Below are positions 12,188-24,318 of a stretch of 64,000 nucleotides of DNA, piece by piece. Each line of letters begins with the position of its first letter. Position 1 is the stretch's first letter. The position numbers and the translations under genes are program-made. The DNA is from Asterias rubens (lineage: Eukaryota): NCBI RefSeq assembly GCF_902459465.1, contig NC_047066.1, positions 5,084,001 to 5,148,000 on the forward strand, read 5' to 3'. A model generated the notes under the pieces. That model was given only the letters and a program-made list of their open reading frames with translations. It ran no database searches and had not been told where the DNA came from.

Positions 12188-15100
12188 CTATTTAATAAGC
12201 TGATGACATACAGCCGTTGACATCATCAGCATGGCGGGCAAAAGCGCCCAGGTGCGACCGTGCGCAACGGAGGTTTGGCCGCTGCCGGTGTTCTCCGGTG
12301 TCCCGGCGACGATGTTACCACACCCGAAGAACTGCCGATCGAATCTCGGCAGCTGTCCGTTCGGTGGGATGGCGAGCTTGCTAGACTCCCATAGATACTG
12401 CTGGTAGGTGTTTCCAGTTACAAAATAAACTGATCCTGTGTGAATGGAAACGATGAGAAATTATCATGGGTTAGTTTATATACCAAGTTGTGGAGAGACT
12501 AACAACTATAACCAACGGTATAACAAGCCATACGCCGAAGTCTCATAATTTTGCGGAGCACGGCAAATTACGGAGTCGGAGGCCTTCACGGGAGAGGACT
12601 CGTGGGGGCCGGCGGAGCTCCGTGCCCCACGAGCCTCCAGACCACAGCCTGACGGAAAATAATTGTGACTTCTTTAGCATGCATATCCGTCACTCAGTGT
12701 CGCTAAAGGCGTTAACTTTTAATACAATATTTTCCTGCAAGGTATGTGGGACTACGTTTGAATTATGAAATCAACTCCTTTACTGTATGGTTTACAAGTG
12801 CTGTGGCGCGATATGCTGCCAATCATTACAGAAATAGAACATATAAATAGAAGAGAAGGGAAACAAAATGTGTACAAACCACTTGAATAGAAGGCTGCTG
12901 TGAATCCCGATTTGAGAGACCGCGACCATCTCGTCAGGGGTTGAGGATACCCTTGATCAATGCGGTTATCCTCGTCGTTTAACCTCCAGTACTGCCTCCC
13001 GTTGAACAAGAAGACGTGGTTATTGTTGGGTGGTACGATCACCGCGGCCTGGATACTTCGTGGGGCTCCAGCGCGCTGTCGACGGCGGAATAAATCTCGG
13101 ATGACACCCTTCTGGACGAGTTCACCCGATGGACTGAAATCGTGGTAATTCCTTCCTGAAGGCAGTAATTGGTGATAAGAAACAATTATTTGCATATGAT
13201 ATTTCAATGACAACACGGTAAAGTACGGTAAATGAGACAATGAACAGCCGCATAATGTCACCCTCGAAAAATGTATCTACCACACTCTCTTTGTAAAGGA
13301 TTGAAAACCACTCGTTTTGTCCGCCGTACCACTCGTGCAAAGAGCAATATGGATAAAAGTTACTTTCAACTCGATTTAGAGTGAAGTGTGATCCGATTTT
13401 CACTTTAAAGAAGAATGAAACAGATCGACTTTCGCATGAAAGGAGCGAGGTGACGACTCGGACAAGAGAGTGAAATTTTCACTCTTCAACATTAAGAGAG
13501 AATGATATACGACCAAGTTTCTTCGAGTTGCAAATATTGAATGTTTTCTTGTAAGCAAACACTAAACAGGATAACAGTCACAGATGGTACTAGTCTTTTT
13601 TGTTGGCAACATTGTTCACGCACACACCTAAAGCAAACAGTGCACTCTTATTTACAGTCCACCTCAAAAAGGGAAATATAGTTTGACTCGTTTACTGTCA
13701 CCTTACCTGAGAACAGCCTATAGGATCCGTCGTGACGTTGGTATGACGCGTCCACGGTGGCCAGTTGTGTCTGGAAGCGAGTGGTAATCGGCTTCGGGAA
13801 GCCTGGTCCGGCTACGGAGAAAGTTCGTTGAGCCTCATTGGTAATCAGATCCCAGTACTGATTCCCCTGGTATATGGAAAAGTTGAAGAAAAAAAAAGGT
13901 TTACCATGGAGGAAGATGAAAATGAAACTTTGGCGATCAAAGCCCACACGTTCTTTGCAGACAATATTGGTAGATTTATTTGGTATTTGTAAACAATTGT
14001 ATTTCTATCTGAGTATCTACTAATCGCCGCTTTCTCGCGTGATCCATGCTTCTACAATTATAGTCTTTAGCCTTCGAGAAAGACTCTGCTTGGGTCGTAA
14101 AGTCAGACCAAAACAATTGTTTTGCTTCTAAAATTTGTCTTATTTTAAACTCTGGTGTCTTGGATGGTCTGTCCTTATGAAGCCCCTGTCTGTAAAACTT
14201 GTCTTTTTATCAACGCTTAACTGTGTTTGGATAACTCTAATTTGCTTGTTTTATTCATGCTAAGACTGTAGTGCAGTTACAACGTCACGTGTCTCACACC
14301 CTGCGCCAGGAGTTTAAAGTTGACAGATACGGCGCGTTACAAATGGCCATTATTTAGTTGAAACGGAAATCAGTTTCATTTGTTTTTGCCCAATGCTTGT
14401 TGTATTAAGAAAGAATTTGTATGAAACCATTGGCCAGAATTTAGTGTCTTATCTGAGAACGACAAATTTATTTTCCTCATGGGTTCTCAAAGATAAAACC
14501 ATTATGAGTTGTGTTGCGAAGTACATTATTCTCTGCTTTTAATTTAAAGGAAACCCAAACGTATTTATATAACTTAATATTTGTTCTTGCTGTAACCTCT
14601 CCTTCTTTGTTGTACTATAAGTTTAAATTTTGTTATTGTTGTATTCCTTCCCCATGGTATGGGGTTTGTTATGAACAAAATCGGGTTATAAATAAGTTAT
14701 TCCATACCCTGATCACCATCATTTCAGTCGGTGATGTCATCATTGCCGACCCGATGTGGATGTCACAGGTAGAGGGGGTGTTTGGCCCGGTTGGCGGCCT
14801 CGGGGGCTGGGGTTTGCCTGGGGGTGGCTGGTTTGGGGGATTGCCCGGAGCGGGTCTGGGGTTAGGTCCTGTGGGTGAAATGAAAACATAAACATAAATA
14901 TCGGTTTATAACTTTTGTTTATATTATTTATTTTATCTGTTAGAAGAGTATAGTATAAGCTTTCTTCGTACGTTTATGTGTCTCTGAAGGTGTTAGAAGA
15001 ATCCGTCGAAAAAGGTTGTACCTGTCCTGAATTTAATTTTCTTATGGTAGTTTTAAACAAGTTTAAAGGAACACGTTGCCTTGGATCGGACGAGTTGGTC

Positions 15101-18100
15101 TATAAAAAGTGCTTGTAACCGTTTGTTATAAAACGTACATGGTTAGAGAAAGATGTTTTAAAAGTAGAATACAATGATCTACACAAGTATGCCTCAAAAT
15201 TGCGTGGTTTTCCTTTTACCTCGTCGACTAACACGGTCGGCCAATGGCCGACCGTGTTAGTTCGCAAAATAAAAGGAAAACCACGCAATTTCGAGGCAGA
15301 TTTGTGTAGATCATTATATTCTACTTTTGAATTATCTATCTAACCATATGCATTTTATAACAAACGGTTTCAAACGCTTTTCAACGACCAACTCGTCCGA
15401 TCTAAGGCAACGTGTTCCTTTAAGCTATACGTCAAATCCCGTTTATCCAATAAAATAATTGTAGCCAATGAAATCATATGTCCTGTAAGACCAGTGCCTC
15501 TCTTTGCCAAGTGACCAGTTTGTATACAGTCCTCGGCATTTAGCTTACCTACCATAAAGACTCTGTATTCCCCGGACGTCGTCCGAGGCCAGTTTGAAAC
15601 CGTGCCTGTAGCCCTGGTAGAAGGGCGCCATCAACGACGTTTCCACATCGGAGTGGCCGAGTCCCAGGCTGTGTCCCAACTCATGGGCTGCCACCATAAA
15701 GAGATTCGTCCCTATGAATAAGATTTGTAACACATTAAATTAATATATAAAAACAAAGTTGTCCACACTTTCAACACAAAAATTTTAAAAATCGCTTCCA
15801 TTTTATGTATGCTTGATTGATCTTGTGAAGAGCCTTGCTTAATCTAGCTACTTGGAAATGTGTACTTTCACCAACAATATTGAGAACGTACCGTGAGCTC
15901 TATTTGCTGTGAACATCTCCCCTTCATCAAAATGTGCGTCTCCGTCAATGGTCCGGGATCCCGGGAAGAAAGCGTGTGCCAGGACACCACCCCTGCCGTC
16001 AAACTCGTACCCATCCCCGTGCTGGCCGTGGGCGAACCGCAGCATGATATCAGCGGTGTTACCGGCCGGGACCTGGTGGAAAGTCAAAGGGGTGACGTCA
16101 CTCCACGTCTTAAACGCCCTCTGAAGTTCAGATTTGGTTATGCTAGCGGGTAAATCCTCAGTTAAGTTCTCGATGCTATAAACAAAACAGTCATTCAAGA
16201 TTAATCTTTAAAAAAAAGGTAGCGGTAACAGATTCTGTTTGTCATTATGTTTGAGACCGCAAGAGAATGCACATTGTAACCGCACCGACAGAGGGCGCCC
16301 TGTAAAATCAAACCCTCACCTGTACGTCAGACTCGTTCTCCTCCATCTCCTCCCCGAGGTGGAGTATCTCCTTCTGCGCCTGCGCAGTCTCTCGGCTGCC
16401 CCGTTGATGTCCTTGTTCCCGCACCGGGGCTTTCTCATCATGGCGATTGTCTCCTTGTTCAGCTTCCCGGTCACCAGAATGTGCGCCTTGTACTGCATGT
16501 GAGAGATGGCCTTCTCCATGTTGAGCGGGGACGACCTGTGGTCTGGGTTGGCATCGTCGTCATCGTCGAAGTAGCCAAACTTCCGCAAGTACATCTACAG
16601 AGTGGAGAAGATTTTCATGGGTCAAAATAGGAATTAAGCACAACGCAGTTTTTGTTGACGTGATATACAAAAATATGTGAGACGTCACATTCACTTCAAA
16701 TAATGTTGAAGATGTAAGGTCTGCGGTAACACCATGTAATGATAATCTCTACTATTAATGAGTTGAGGTGGTTTTGAAAAGAACCGTAGGTTCAAGCTCG
16801 ATGTTTCGATCAGTATTCTCTGATCGTCTTCTGGGCAAAACGTGGAGATGTTCAACTGAAAACGCTCGATACCATTAAAGGCAGTGGACACTGTTGGTAA
16901 TTACTCAAAATAATTATTGGCATAAAACCTTTCTTGGTAAAGAGTAATTGGGAGAGGTTGATAGAATAAAACATTGTGAGAAACGGCTCCTTCTGGCTTG
17001 ACGTAGTTTTCAAGAAAGAAGTAATTTTCAATGAAATTGATTTCGAGACCTCAAGTTTAGAATTTGAGGTCTCGAAATCAACCATATAAAATCACACAAC
17101 TTCGTGCGACAAGGGTGTTTGATTACTTCATTCATATCTCGCAACTTCGACGACCATTTGAGCTCAAATTTTCACAGGTTTGTTCTTTTATGCATAAGTT
17201 TAGATACACCAAGTGAGAAGACTGGTCTTTGACAATTACCAATAGTGTCCACTGTCTTTAAGCACTATAACGGTGCATTTATAAGTAAATCAAAACACTT
17301 TAAAGCTGCCGGTGCGACACACAAACTGTGATTGTGTAATATTGGCGAATAAATGAAGACTGCTGCACAACAAGTTCAACAAACTCTAAAAAGGGAGGGG
17401 TGCGTTACAAAACTCACAATATTGAGCCTCTCTGTTAGGGCACAAGTGATTTTTTAAAATTTCAATTAACTTGTATGTTCCCATCTGTTGTGCTTAATAA
17501 TGACAGGTTTTCATATTAATGCTGGCTTTTGTATTTTAAACCAGAATTCGTTTAAAAGAGCTAATTGTTTGCCTTCAATGGGTTGCACCATTGATCGAGT
17601 AAAAAGCTCTGCTGTGCAAGGTTGGCAAAATAAACGTGCATGGATAGTGTAAATACAACTCGTTACAAACACTGCATTCAACTTTGTTGTGCTGTTTTGA
17701 AATTTATGGACATATGCTGTGTTTACGTGGATGAAATTAATTAAAAAAGGCGTCACTGTCCTTGTTGATGTTATAATTGACGTTTTGTTTTGTGTGTCAA
17801 ATCTGCACGTGCCAGTGACGCGACTGTGTGCCTCTACGGTTGCCAGGCAGTGAACCACACGGGAGCTAGCCTTGTGCAAGCACCTAGCTTTGTTGAACAA
17901 GGTTGAAAACCATGCTTCGACCCCACGGTATACTGTGCTATACTGTACACAGTACCATGCAGTTCGTCGTCCAACGTGTGATTCATGCTACCTGGTGAAT
18001 TCAAAGCTGGATTCTTGCTTTTAGAGCCTTGGGACAAGACTACCCAGGAGGATAAGATTCATCATTGATGATGCCCGGACGTTCGTATTACGTAGACGGT

Positions 18101-19753
18101 AACTATGGCCACGGAGCCCAAGTGCTTAATAAGTACTTCCGGGTCACCTTCAGTTAACCCCCCATAGTGTTGAAAAGGTCAACGTGGTTACCGTTGACCT
18201 TTCGTCGAAGGCGAACTGGTTAATACAAGGGAAAGGGCATGGTTATTCTAGAACGGAGGCCAGGTACCACTGGGAAATGACGTCACCGGTCCCGTGTGTG
18301 AAGTCTGACTTCCGGTACATCGAGGTTGGTTCGGTAACAGCATTTGTGACGCATGTTTGACGTTGGGGGCTGGCCTCGTGATGGCTCACTGTCACATGTC
18401 TTCTGGGTGAAATGGTTTTATTATTAGAATAGAACGAACACAGAAATATAAAAAACACTAGCATTGACATCGATCAAAAGTTTTCAAACTTTGTAACATT
18501 TCGTGAAGACCAGACACGATTTTCTATTATCACTTTTCTCGTAAAACCAATCACACATATGTACGAACATTTAAACCATAAGAGTTGGATCCCTTCTTAT
18601 GGGTAACGTCGACATTACTGGTATTGTACGCAGGGAACACGACCTAGGTAGAAGCTATAAACTGTTGACGCAAGTCTGATGTCACCACTCCTATAGGAAT
18701 GTACAACTTTCGAAGATTTTGTACATGTTGAGAGAAATGCATGGACAACAACAATGTTTGTATTAATTTACATATATTTCAAAGTCAAAACAGGGAGGGT
18801 AGAAAGCACTAGCTTAAAGACTAACTAATTACGTAAACAATTGCAGCTTTCGAATCAAGATAAATTGCAATGTTTCAAACTCAGGCAATGTTTCTTTACA
18901 CATATTGTTTTAAGGCTTTCTTAATAATTGGTCTGACCACACACATCTGTTGTTAAGACACAGATGCCATGTTTGGAAGCCATAGCTTAGTCATATAGTG
19001 ACATCCAAGGGATCGTCTTAGGAAAGCTTAGCAATGCAAGGGCAAAACCGCATTGGGCGTTGTTCAAATTGTCTGATCTTTTGTCTTATTAACACCGATG
19101 ATTGGGAAAAGACGCCACATAATCCATATTCATAAATACCTCAGACAGTTTCGCTATTCCTATTGGTGGGGAGCGCGTCACGTGGGGGGTGTTTAAACCG
19201 TTCATATAGTGACCAGCTGGATATGTTTATAAACCGGTGTCTTCGGATATGTGTGTGCGGGATAGCCCACAACCTCGTTCTCTAAAGAGGCTTCATAGAT
19301 GAGTCTTGGAAAGTCACGATCACCGACGCCATTATGGGTTTTTTTAAGACACAATAAGAGGGTACAATGTTTTGCAAATTAATTTGTTTGTATAACACAC
19401 CCAAACTGAACAATGAGTCTTTCTCGAAGGCTTAAATGAAAACAAAGCAAACATGAACAGGTAACTCACATTAAGATGAAATACTTCAACTATATAACTA
19501 TTGTTTTCTTGACTACAAGAATTAAAAAAAGTCCTCTTACCATTCCTTCATCCATCTCGACGGGATCAATATCATCCTCCGATGAGACACTGACTCCGGT
19601 CTCGCCTGCTCCTCCTCCAACAGCCCCCGCCGAGGAAAACTGCGTCACCTGCGGCATCATCCCTTGATTGCCGTGCATCTGGGCCGAGAGTGTCCCGCAC
19701 AAAATACATCCCACTAAAAGGCCGAGAAGGGGGCGAAAATCATTAAGCGTCAT
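12188..19753 (-). CDS. Matrix metalloproteinase MMP-B, membrane-type/GPI-anchor-like (MMP17/25-like architecture), 8 exons, ~591 aa
   Basis: Exons (minus): 19753-19541, 16594-16320, 16175-15892, 15711-15553, 14868-14708, 13866-13707, 13155-12880, 12435-12188. All introns GT-AG, phases 0,2,1,1,0,1,1, total 1776 nt in frame. Signal peptide [24 protein letters not shown], cysteine switch PRCGNKD, furin site [17 protein letters not shown], Met-turn LMAP, Pro-rich hinge, hemopexin repeats closed by FFGC, hydrophobic tail [21 protein letters not shown]. Confidence 0.92.
15063..15423. mobile_element. Near-perfect palindromic (foldback) MITE, TTAA-flanked, Kolobok-like, in MMP-B intron 4
   Basis: TTAAAGGAACACGTTGCC ... 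GGCAACGTGTTCCTTTAA; the arms are complementary almost to the centre ACACGGTCGGCCAATGGCCGACCGTGT (~15232-15258). Confidence 0.8.
16875..17261. mobile_element. Kolobok-like TTAA MITE (main family), MMP-B intron 1
   Basis: TTAAAGGCAGTGGACACTGTTGGTAATT ... AATTACCAATAGTGTCCACTGTCTTTAA. Confidence 0.82.
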
Positions 19754-19994
19754 GTTTATAGCCGCACTTCAATCGTGTTCTACAACTTCACTCGTGCTCA
19801 CACTGAGTTCTTGTCCACAATTCAAGGGGGGTAAATCTGATACTGCTTCTGATGATGAAAGAGAATTTCTTAACTGACTTGGATGGATTCTCCCTGTTGG
19901 GGAAGGGGTCGCAAAGAGGGGGAAACTGTTCCTCCACCCGGTGTAAGCTTGTGACTCGTACCTACCTTACTCCACGGTGATTAAGACCCCCACA

Positions 19995-20460
19995 CAGGAA
20001 ACCATCATTACGAACCAGCCAATCACAGCGCGCGTTTCAAACGAGTAGAGGAAGATGACTAATCCTAGTAAGTGTTTTATTTTGGTCGGCACTTATATTT
20101 AATCATCATGTGGTGATTTTTTCCCAATGGATTTGTTTAAGGGGTTCACAGCCCACGCAAGAGATGCGAGAACGTTTGTGAGGAGGAGGAGGGGGGTTAG
20201 CATATTTTTACAAACCCCTCGACCTCTAAATTCTTCCCTGCCAGGGAGGATCAGAGGGGCCGTGACGCAGTTTACTCACCGGACGTGACGTAATGGACAG
20301 GGGGGAGGGGTTGGGTTGCTAACATGTTAATCCCATAACATGACCAGTGAATCTCAGATCAAACGCCCTTAACACACCTTCATTGTTGTTCGCCTGATTT
20401 GGTCTACGGATAATTAGATACATCGAAGAGCAACGGCAGGCTGTCACAGTTGCGTCAATA
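19995..20460 (-). promoter_or_regulatory. Putative MMP-B promoter: NF-Y, ETS, AP-1-like and CRE-like motifs
   Basis: AGCCAATCA 20017-20025; AGGAAG 20049-20054 abutting TGACTAA 20056-20062; TGACGCA 20264-20270; TGACGTAA 20286-20293; TTGCGTCA 20450-20457; all 250-700 bp upstream of the ATG. Motif match only. Confidence 0.4.
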
Positions 20461-20649
20461 TCCAAGTCATCAAAAACAGTGCACAGATGAGTAAAGTCTT
20501 ATTCAAGAAAACATTAATGAGAGAAAAACAAATTGGTCCTCAAATGGTCCTTGATTTCTCTCCCACACCATGTTTGGTTATTTTCACTTTTGTTTGTATA
20601 GTGATTAGGTACCATACCAAATCATGTGTCAAGTTTGACAAGAATTGTG

Positions 20650-20650
<1 letters not shown>

Positions 20651-20704
<54 letters not shown>
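20651..20704. repeat. (TAA)18 microsatellite
   Basis: Perfect trinucleotide run. Confidence 0.95.
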
Positions 20705-20904
20705 GAGTTCTTCATAATTTACTTGACAGTCATGACTTGTTCAACCTCATCAAGCCTGATCAAAGAGGAAAAAAGTTACGTATGTTACTTTTTTGTTAAT
20801 GTCCATTCAATTATAATATGGATTATACCCCCTTGCCTTACAACGCCAATCAACTGTTTCATCCGAACATGATGTGGGCGATCTACCCCCCCCCCCCCTA
20901 TCCT

Positions 20905-21360
20905 CAATGGATGCACAGTGGCATCAAAACTATCACTGGGACCCCGGTTCGAATCCCAAGAGGGGCACTATGTAGATGCACTGTAAAAATAAAAATAAAC
21001 GGTGAAGTTTACGACACTTTACATGGCACCCTAGCTGCCAGGTAAAGTGCCGTAAATTTCACCGTAGAACTACCCCTGTAAGGCACAATTTACAAAACTT
21101 CCACTGTAAAATAAACGGCACTTTACCTGGTATAGCTATAGGGTGCCAGGTGTGAAGTGCCGTAAATTTCACGGATATTTTTTTACAGCGATGGGTTTGC
21201 AGTCCCTACTTGAATGAACGGGTTTTCCCTGGAATAAACTAAGTGGGGTGTTCCTCCCACGTCTAAAACTTACAATTTCCTCATTGTCTTCTCTCTTCTC
21301 GTTTGGCTCTAATGAGAGCGTTGGGAATCCATATTACCCAGATCCAGAACCGTGGGAACC
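20905..21360 (+). mobile_element. tRNA-derived SINE (V-domain-like family), interrupted by the CACTA MITE
   Basis: B-box GGTTCGAATCC at ~20946; the body GGGTTTTCCCTGGAATAA...CCCACGTCTAAAACT...TTTGGCTCTAAT aligns by eye with the copy at 6343-6590. Confidence 0.6.
20979..21190. mobile_element. CACTA/EnSpm-like MITE with 3-bp ATG TSD, nested in a SINE
   Basis: CACTGTAAAAA ... TTTTTACAGCG; ATG at 20976-20978 and 21191-21193; internal inverted subrepeats (GGCACTTTACCTGG / CCAGGTAAAGTGCC). Confidence 0.7.
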
Positions 21361-21409
21361 CACGAACAACCGTCAACATAAGGCTAGATAACTCAGTTGA
21401 TAGAGCGCC

Positions 21410-21870
21410 GGTGTCGCATGCAATTATGTCCTCTATGCAATACCATCCGGAGGACATTATTGCATATGCAATAATGTCCGCTGCATATGCAATCGTGTCC
21501 TACCGGACGCTGCTGCATAGTGCAATTGTGTCCGCCCGGACACATTTGCATATGCAGTTGTGTCCGCCCCCCCGTGCAAAACCGTCCTTGCAGTAAACTA
21601 AACGCCCGTGGTCGACGGACCACGTTCGTCATTTTTTTTACAAGCTATTAAGTGCATGTCATGAATGACATGGTAATGTTCGGCCGTTGGATGGGTATTC
21701 GCTACAATCATACGTGAATATTCATGCTGCATATACGTAGGTTCAATGCAAGCATGCTCGCTTACGCGCGCACATGTACAGTCATGTACATGTCCACCTG
21801 ACGGTTTTTGCATAGCCCCGGACACGATTGCATATGCAAAAGTGTCCGGAGCGGACAGTATTTTATGGCG
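21410..21870. repeat. Cluster of palindromic subrepeats GGAC-N-TGCATATGCA-N-GTCC
   Basis: About 5-6 degenerate copies, e.g. CGGACACATTTGCATATGCAGTTGTGTCCG and CGGACACGATTGCATATGCAAAAGTGTCCG. Confidence 0.6.
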
Positions 21871-22242
21871 TACGCACGTTAGTCGTGGGTTAAAGTCCTA
21901 CTCAGTTTGTCTTAGTCCAACCCCAACATCATTTATAAAAACTTACCCAGTCAGTTCCCCTTGTGGTTTGAAATGATAATTTAACTGATTAAAGAATTGT
22001 CTACAGACTAATCTAAAAATCTTACTCGGCGACAATGTCATCTCCACAAACCGCGAATTCTTTGTTACTTTCAAGGTTCTCTTTATACTTCAATTCCTTC
22101 TTTTAAGTTGACAAACAATGAGGCAAGACTTACATGACGAAATAATGATTTTGAGTAATTTTCAATAGTGTCCAGTGCACTTATATAGGCACTGGAAACC
22201 TTTGGTTGTTGTCAAAAACCAGTCTGCTCATTTGGTGTATCT

Positions 22243-23133
22243 TACTAAGCCCGGGAAGGGACAGTGGTAAGAAAAAAATATGCAGGGGCTAATTCGTTCG
22301 CACGGTTAAGTAATCCGTTCGAACGAATTAATAATCCGTTCGAACGAATTAATAATCCGTTCGCACGGTTTAGTAATCCGTTCGCACGGTTTAGTAATCC
22401 GTTCGAACGAATTAATAATCCGTTCGCACGGTTTAGTAATCCGTTCGCACGGTTTAGTAATCCGTTCGAACGAATTAGTAATCCGTTCGAACGAATTAGC
22501 AATCCGTTCGAACGAATTAGTAATCCGTTCGCACGGTTTAACTAAGGCATGAAATGGCGCTGCACGCATGCGTAAGCAATCCCCTCACAACAACACTTTG
22601 CTTCAAGATGTCCACCCTCGTCTTTTCAATTAGCAATGCATCTATTGACAAACTTATCAACACGGTCATCATCAGAGTCAGAACTTGTGTTGCGGCCCTC
22701 TGCCATCTTGAAGCAAAAAGTTGTTGTGAGGGGATTGCTTACGCATGCGTGCAGCGCCATTTCATGCCTTAGTTAAACCACTGAACGGATTACTAATTCG
22801 TTCGAACGGATTGCTAATTCGTTCGAACGGATTACTAAATCGTTCGAACGGATTATTAAACCGTGCGAACGGATTACTAATTCGTTCAAACGGATTGCTA
22901 ATTCGTTCGAACGGATAACTAAACCGTGCGAACAGATTATTAATTCGTTTGAACGGATTACTAATTCGTTCGAACGGATTACTAAACCGTGCGAACGGAT
23001 TATTAATTCGTTCGAACGGATTACTAAACCGTGCGAACGGATTATTAATTCGTTCGAACGGATTACTAAACCGTGCGAACGAATTAGCCACTGCATATTT
23101 TTTTCTTTCCACTGTCCCTTCCCGGGCTCCGTA
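22243..23133. mobile_element. Non-autonomous foldback DNA transposon with TAC...GTA termini and 6-bp TSD (IS3EU-like), containing inverted 21-bp minisatellite arms
   Basis: GTATCT duplicated at 22237-22242 and 23134-23139. About 50-bp imperfect TIRs (TACTAAGCCCGGGAAGGGACAGTGG / CCACTGTCCCTTCCCGGGCTCCGTA). 21-bp arrays at ~22291-22541 and ~22780-23085 are inverted relative to each other, with an inner inverted repeat at ~22542-22610 / ~22703-22780. The element interrupts the GGTGTATCTCAAC motif of a Kolobok-like MITE. Confidence 0.8.
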
Positions 23134-23287
23134 GTATCTCAACATGTGCATTAAATAACAAATATATGAACATTTGGATTCGAAGTTGCGAGAGTATAAT
23201 GGTTATCGCACAAGTCGTGTGCATTATGCATTGTGTTTGTATATATACTCAGCGCCTTGAGTACCTTGTTTGGTAGATACGTGCGCT

Positions 23288-23470
23288 NNNNNNNNNNNNN
23301 NNNNNNNNNNNNNNNNNNNNNNNNNNNNNNNNNNNNNNNNNNNNNNNNNNNNNNNNNNNNNNNNNNNNNNNNNNNNNNNNNNNNNNNNNNNNNNNNNNNN
23401 NNNNNNNNNNNNNNNNNNNNNNNNNNNNNNNNNNNNNNNNNNNNNNNNNNNNNNNNNNNNNNNNNNNNNN
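23288..23470. other. Assembly gap (N run)
   Basis: 183 N. Confidence 1.
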
Positions 23471-24000
23471 GAATTCAGTTCAAATATTTGAGTGAGAAAG
23501 TTCAAGTTTCTCAACAACACGTTACTTAAGAGGGAGCCGTTTCTCACAATAATTTATACTATAAACAGCTCTCCATTGCTCGTTACCAAGTAATTTTGTT
23601 TATGCTAACAATTATTTTGAGTAATAACCTAAAGTGTCCAGTGGAACACAATAGATGTAATAATAGACTTGCTATCAGTCTGGTTGAGACCGTGACCCAC
23701 TGAGTGTTTCCTGAGTTCAATGTTTGAGGATTATTCACCACAGCAACCTTGCTTGTCTAATGTTCCTGTTGATGATTGACGGTTCACAGGGTCAGTAAAG
23801 GTCATTGTGGCAGGAGAACTCCCTCCGACCCCCCCTTTCCCATGGCGTACTGCGCACAAATTTCTTCTGTTGTCAATTGAAAGAAATGGTTCGAGCAAAA
23901 CAAATATGAAGAAATCATAATGAATCATTTTATCTGGAGAATTGACAACGTTACCTCATGGACGATTCTTTATCACGCCACTTCGACCAAGATAAAAACC

Positions 24001-24318
24001 AGGTGTCGATTTCACAAAGATAGTCATAGATAGTCCTGGGAGACATAAAACTAAAAGCAAGTCCTAAAGTTAGGACGAGTAACTCATCCTAACTCACGAG
24101 TAACTACTCGTACTATTGAGTAACTAGTCCTAACTCGTACTAACGAGTAACTCGTCCTAACTCGTACTAACGAGTAACTCGTCCTAACTCGTACTAACGA
24201 GTAACTCGTCCTAACTCGTACTAACGAGTAACTCGTCCTAACTCGTACTAACGAGTAACTCGTCCTAACTCTAACTCGAGATTAGACTATAGTCTTAACT
24301 CTTTGTGAAATCCGCCAC
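24001..24318. mobile_element. MITE with imperfect TIRs carrying a 27-bp minisatellite (~5.7 copies, 24118-24271)
   Basis: GTCGATTTCACAAAGA ... CTTTGTGAAATCCG; unit GAGTAACTCGTCCTAACTCGTACTAAC; related repeat-poor copy at ~34735-34870. Confidence 0.7.

Noticed and set aside
14511-14891. Gly-rich plus-strand ORF resembling collagen or glycine-rich proteins
   Set aside because: Reverse complement of the Pro-rich hinge exon 5 of MMP-B.
20487-20717. Poly-Asn ORF
   Set aside because: (TAA/AAT)n microsatellite artefact.
22245-23151. Several periodic ORFs (NPFERI/NGLLIRS repeats, LRR-like appearance)
   Set aside because: Produced by 21-bp (7-codon) minisatellite arms of a transposon; open in multiple frames on both strands.
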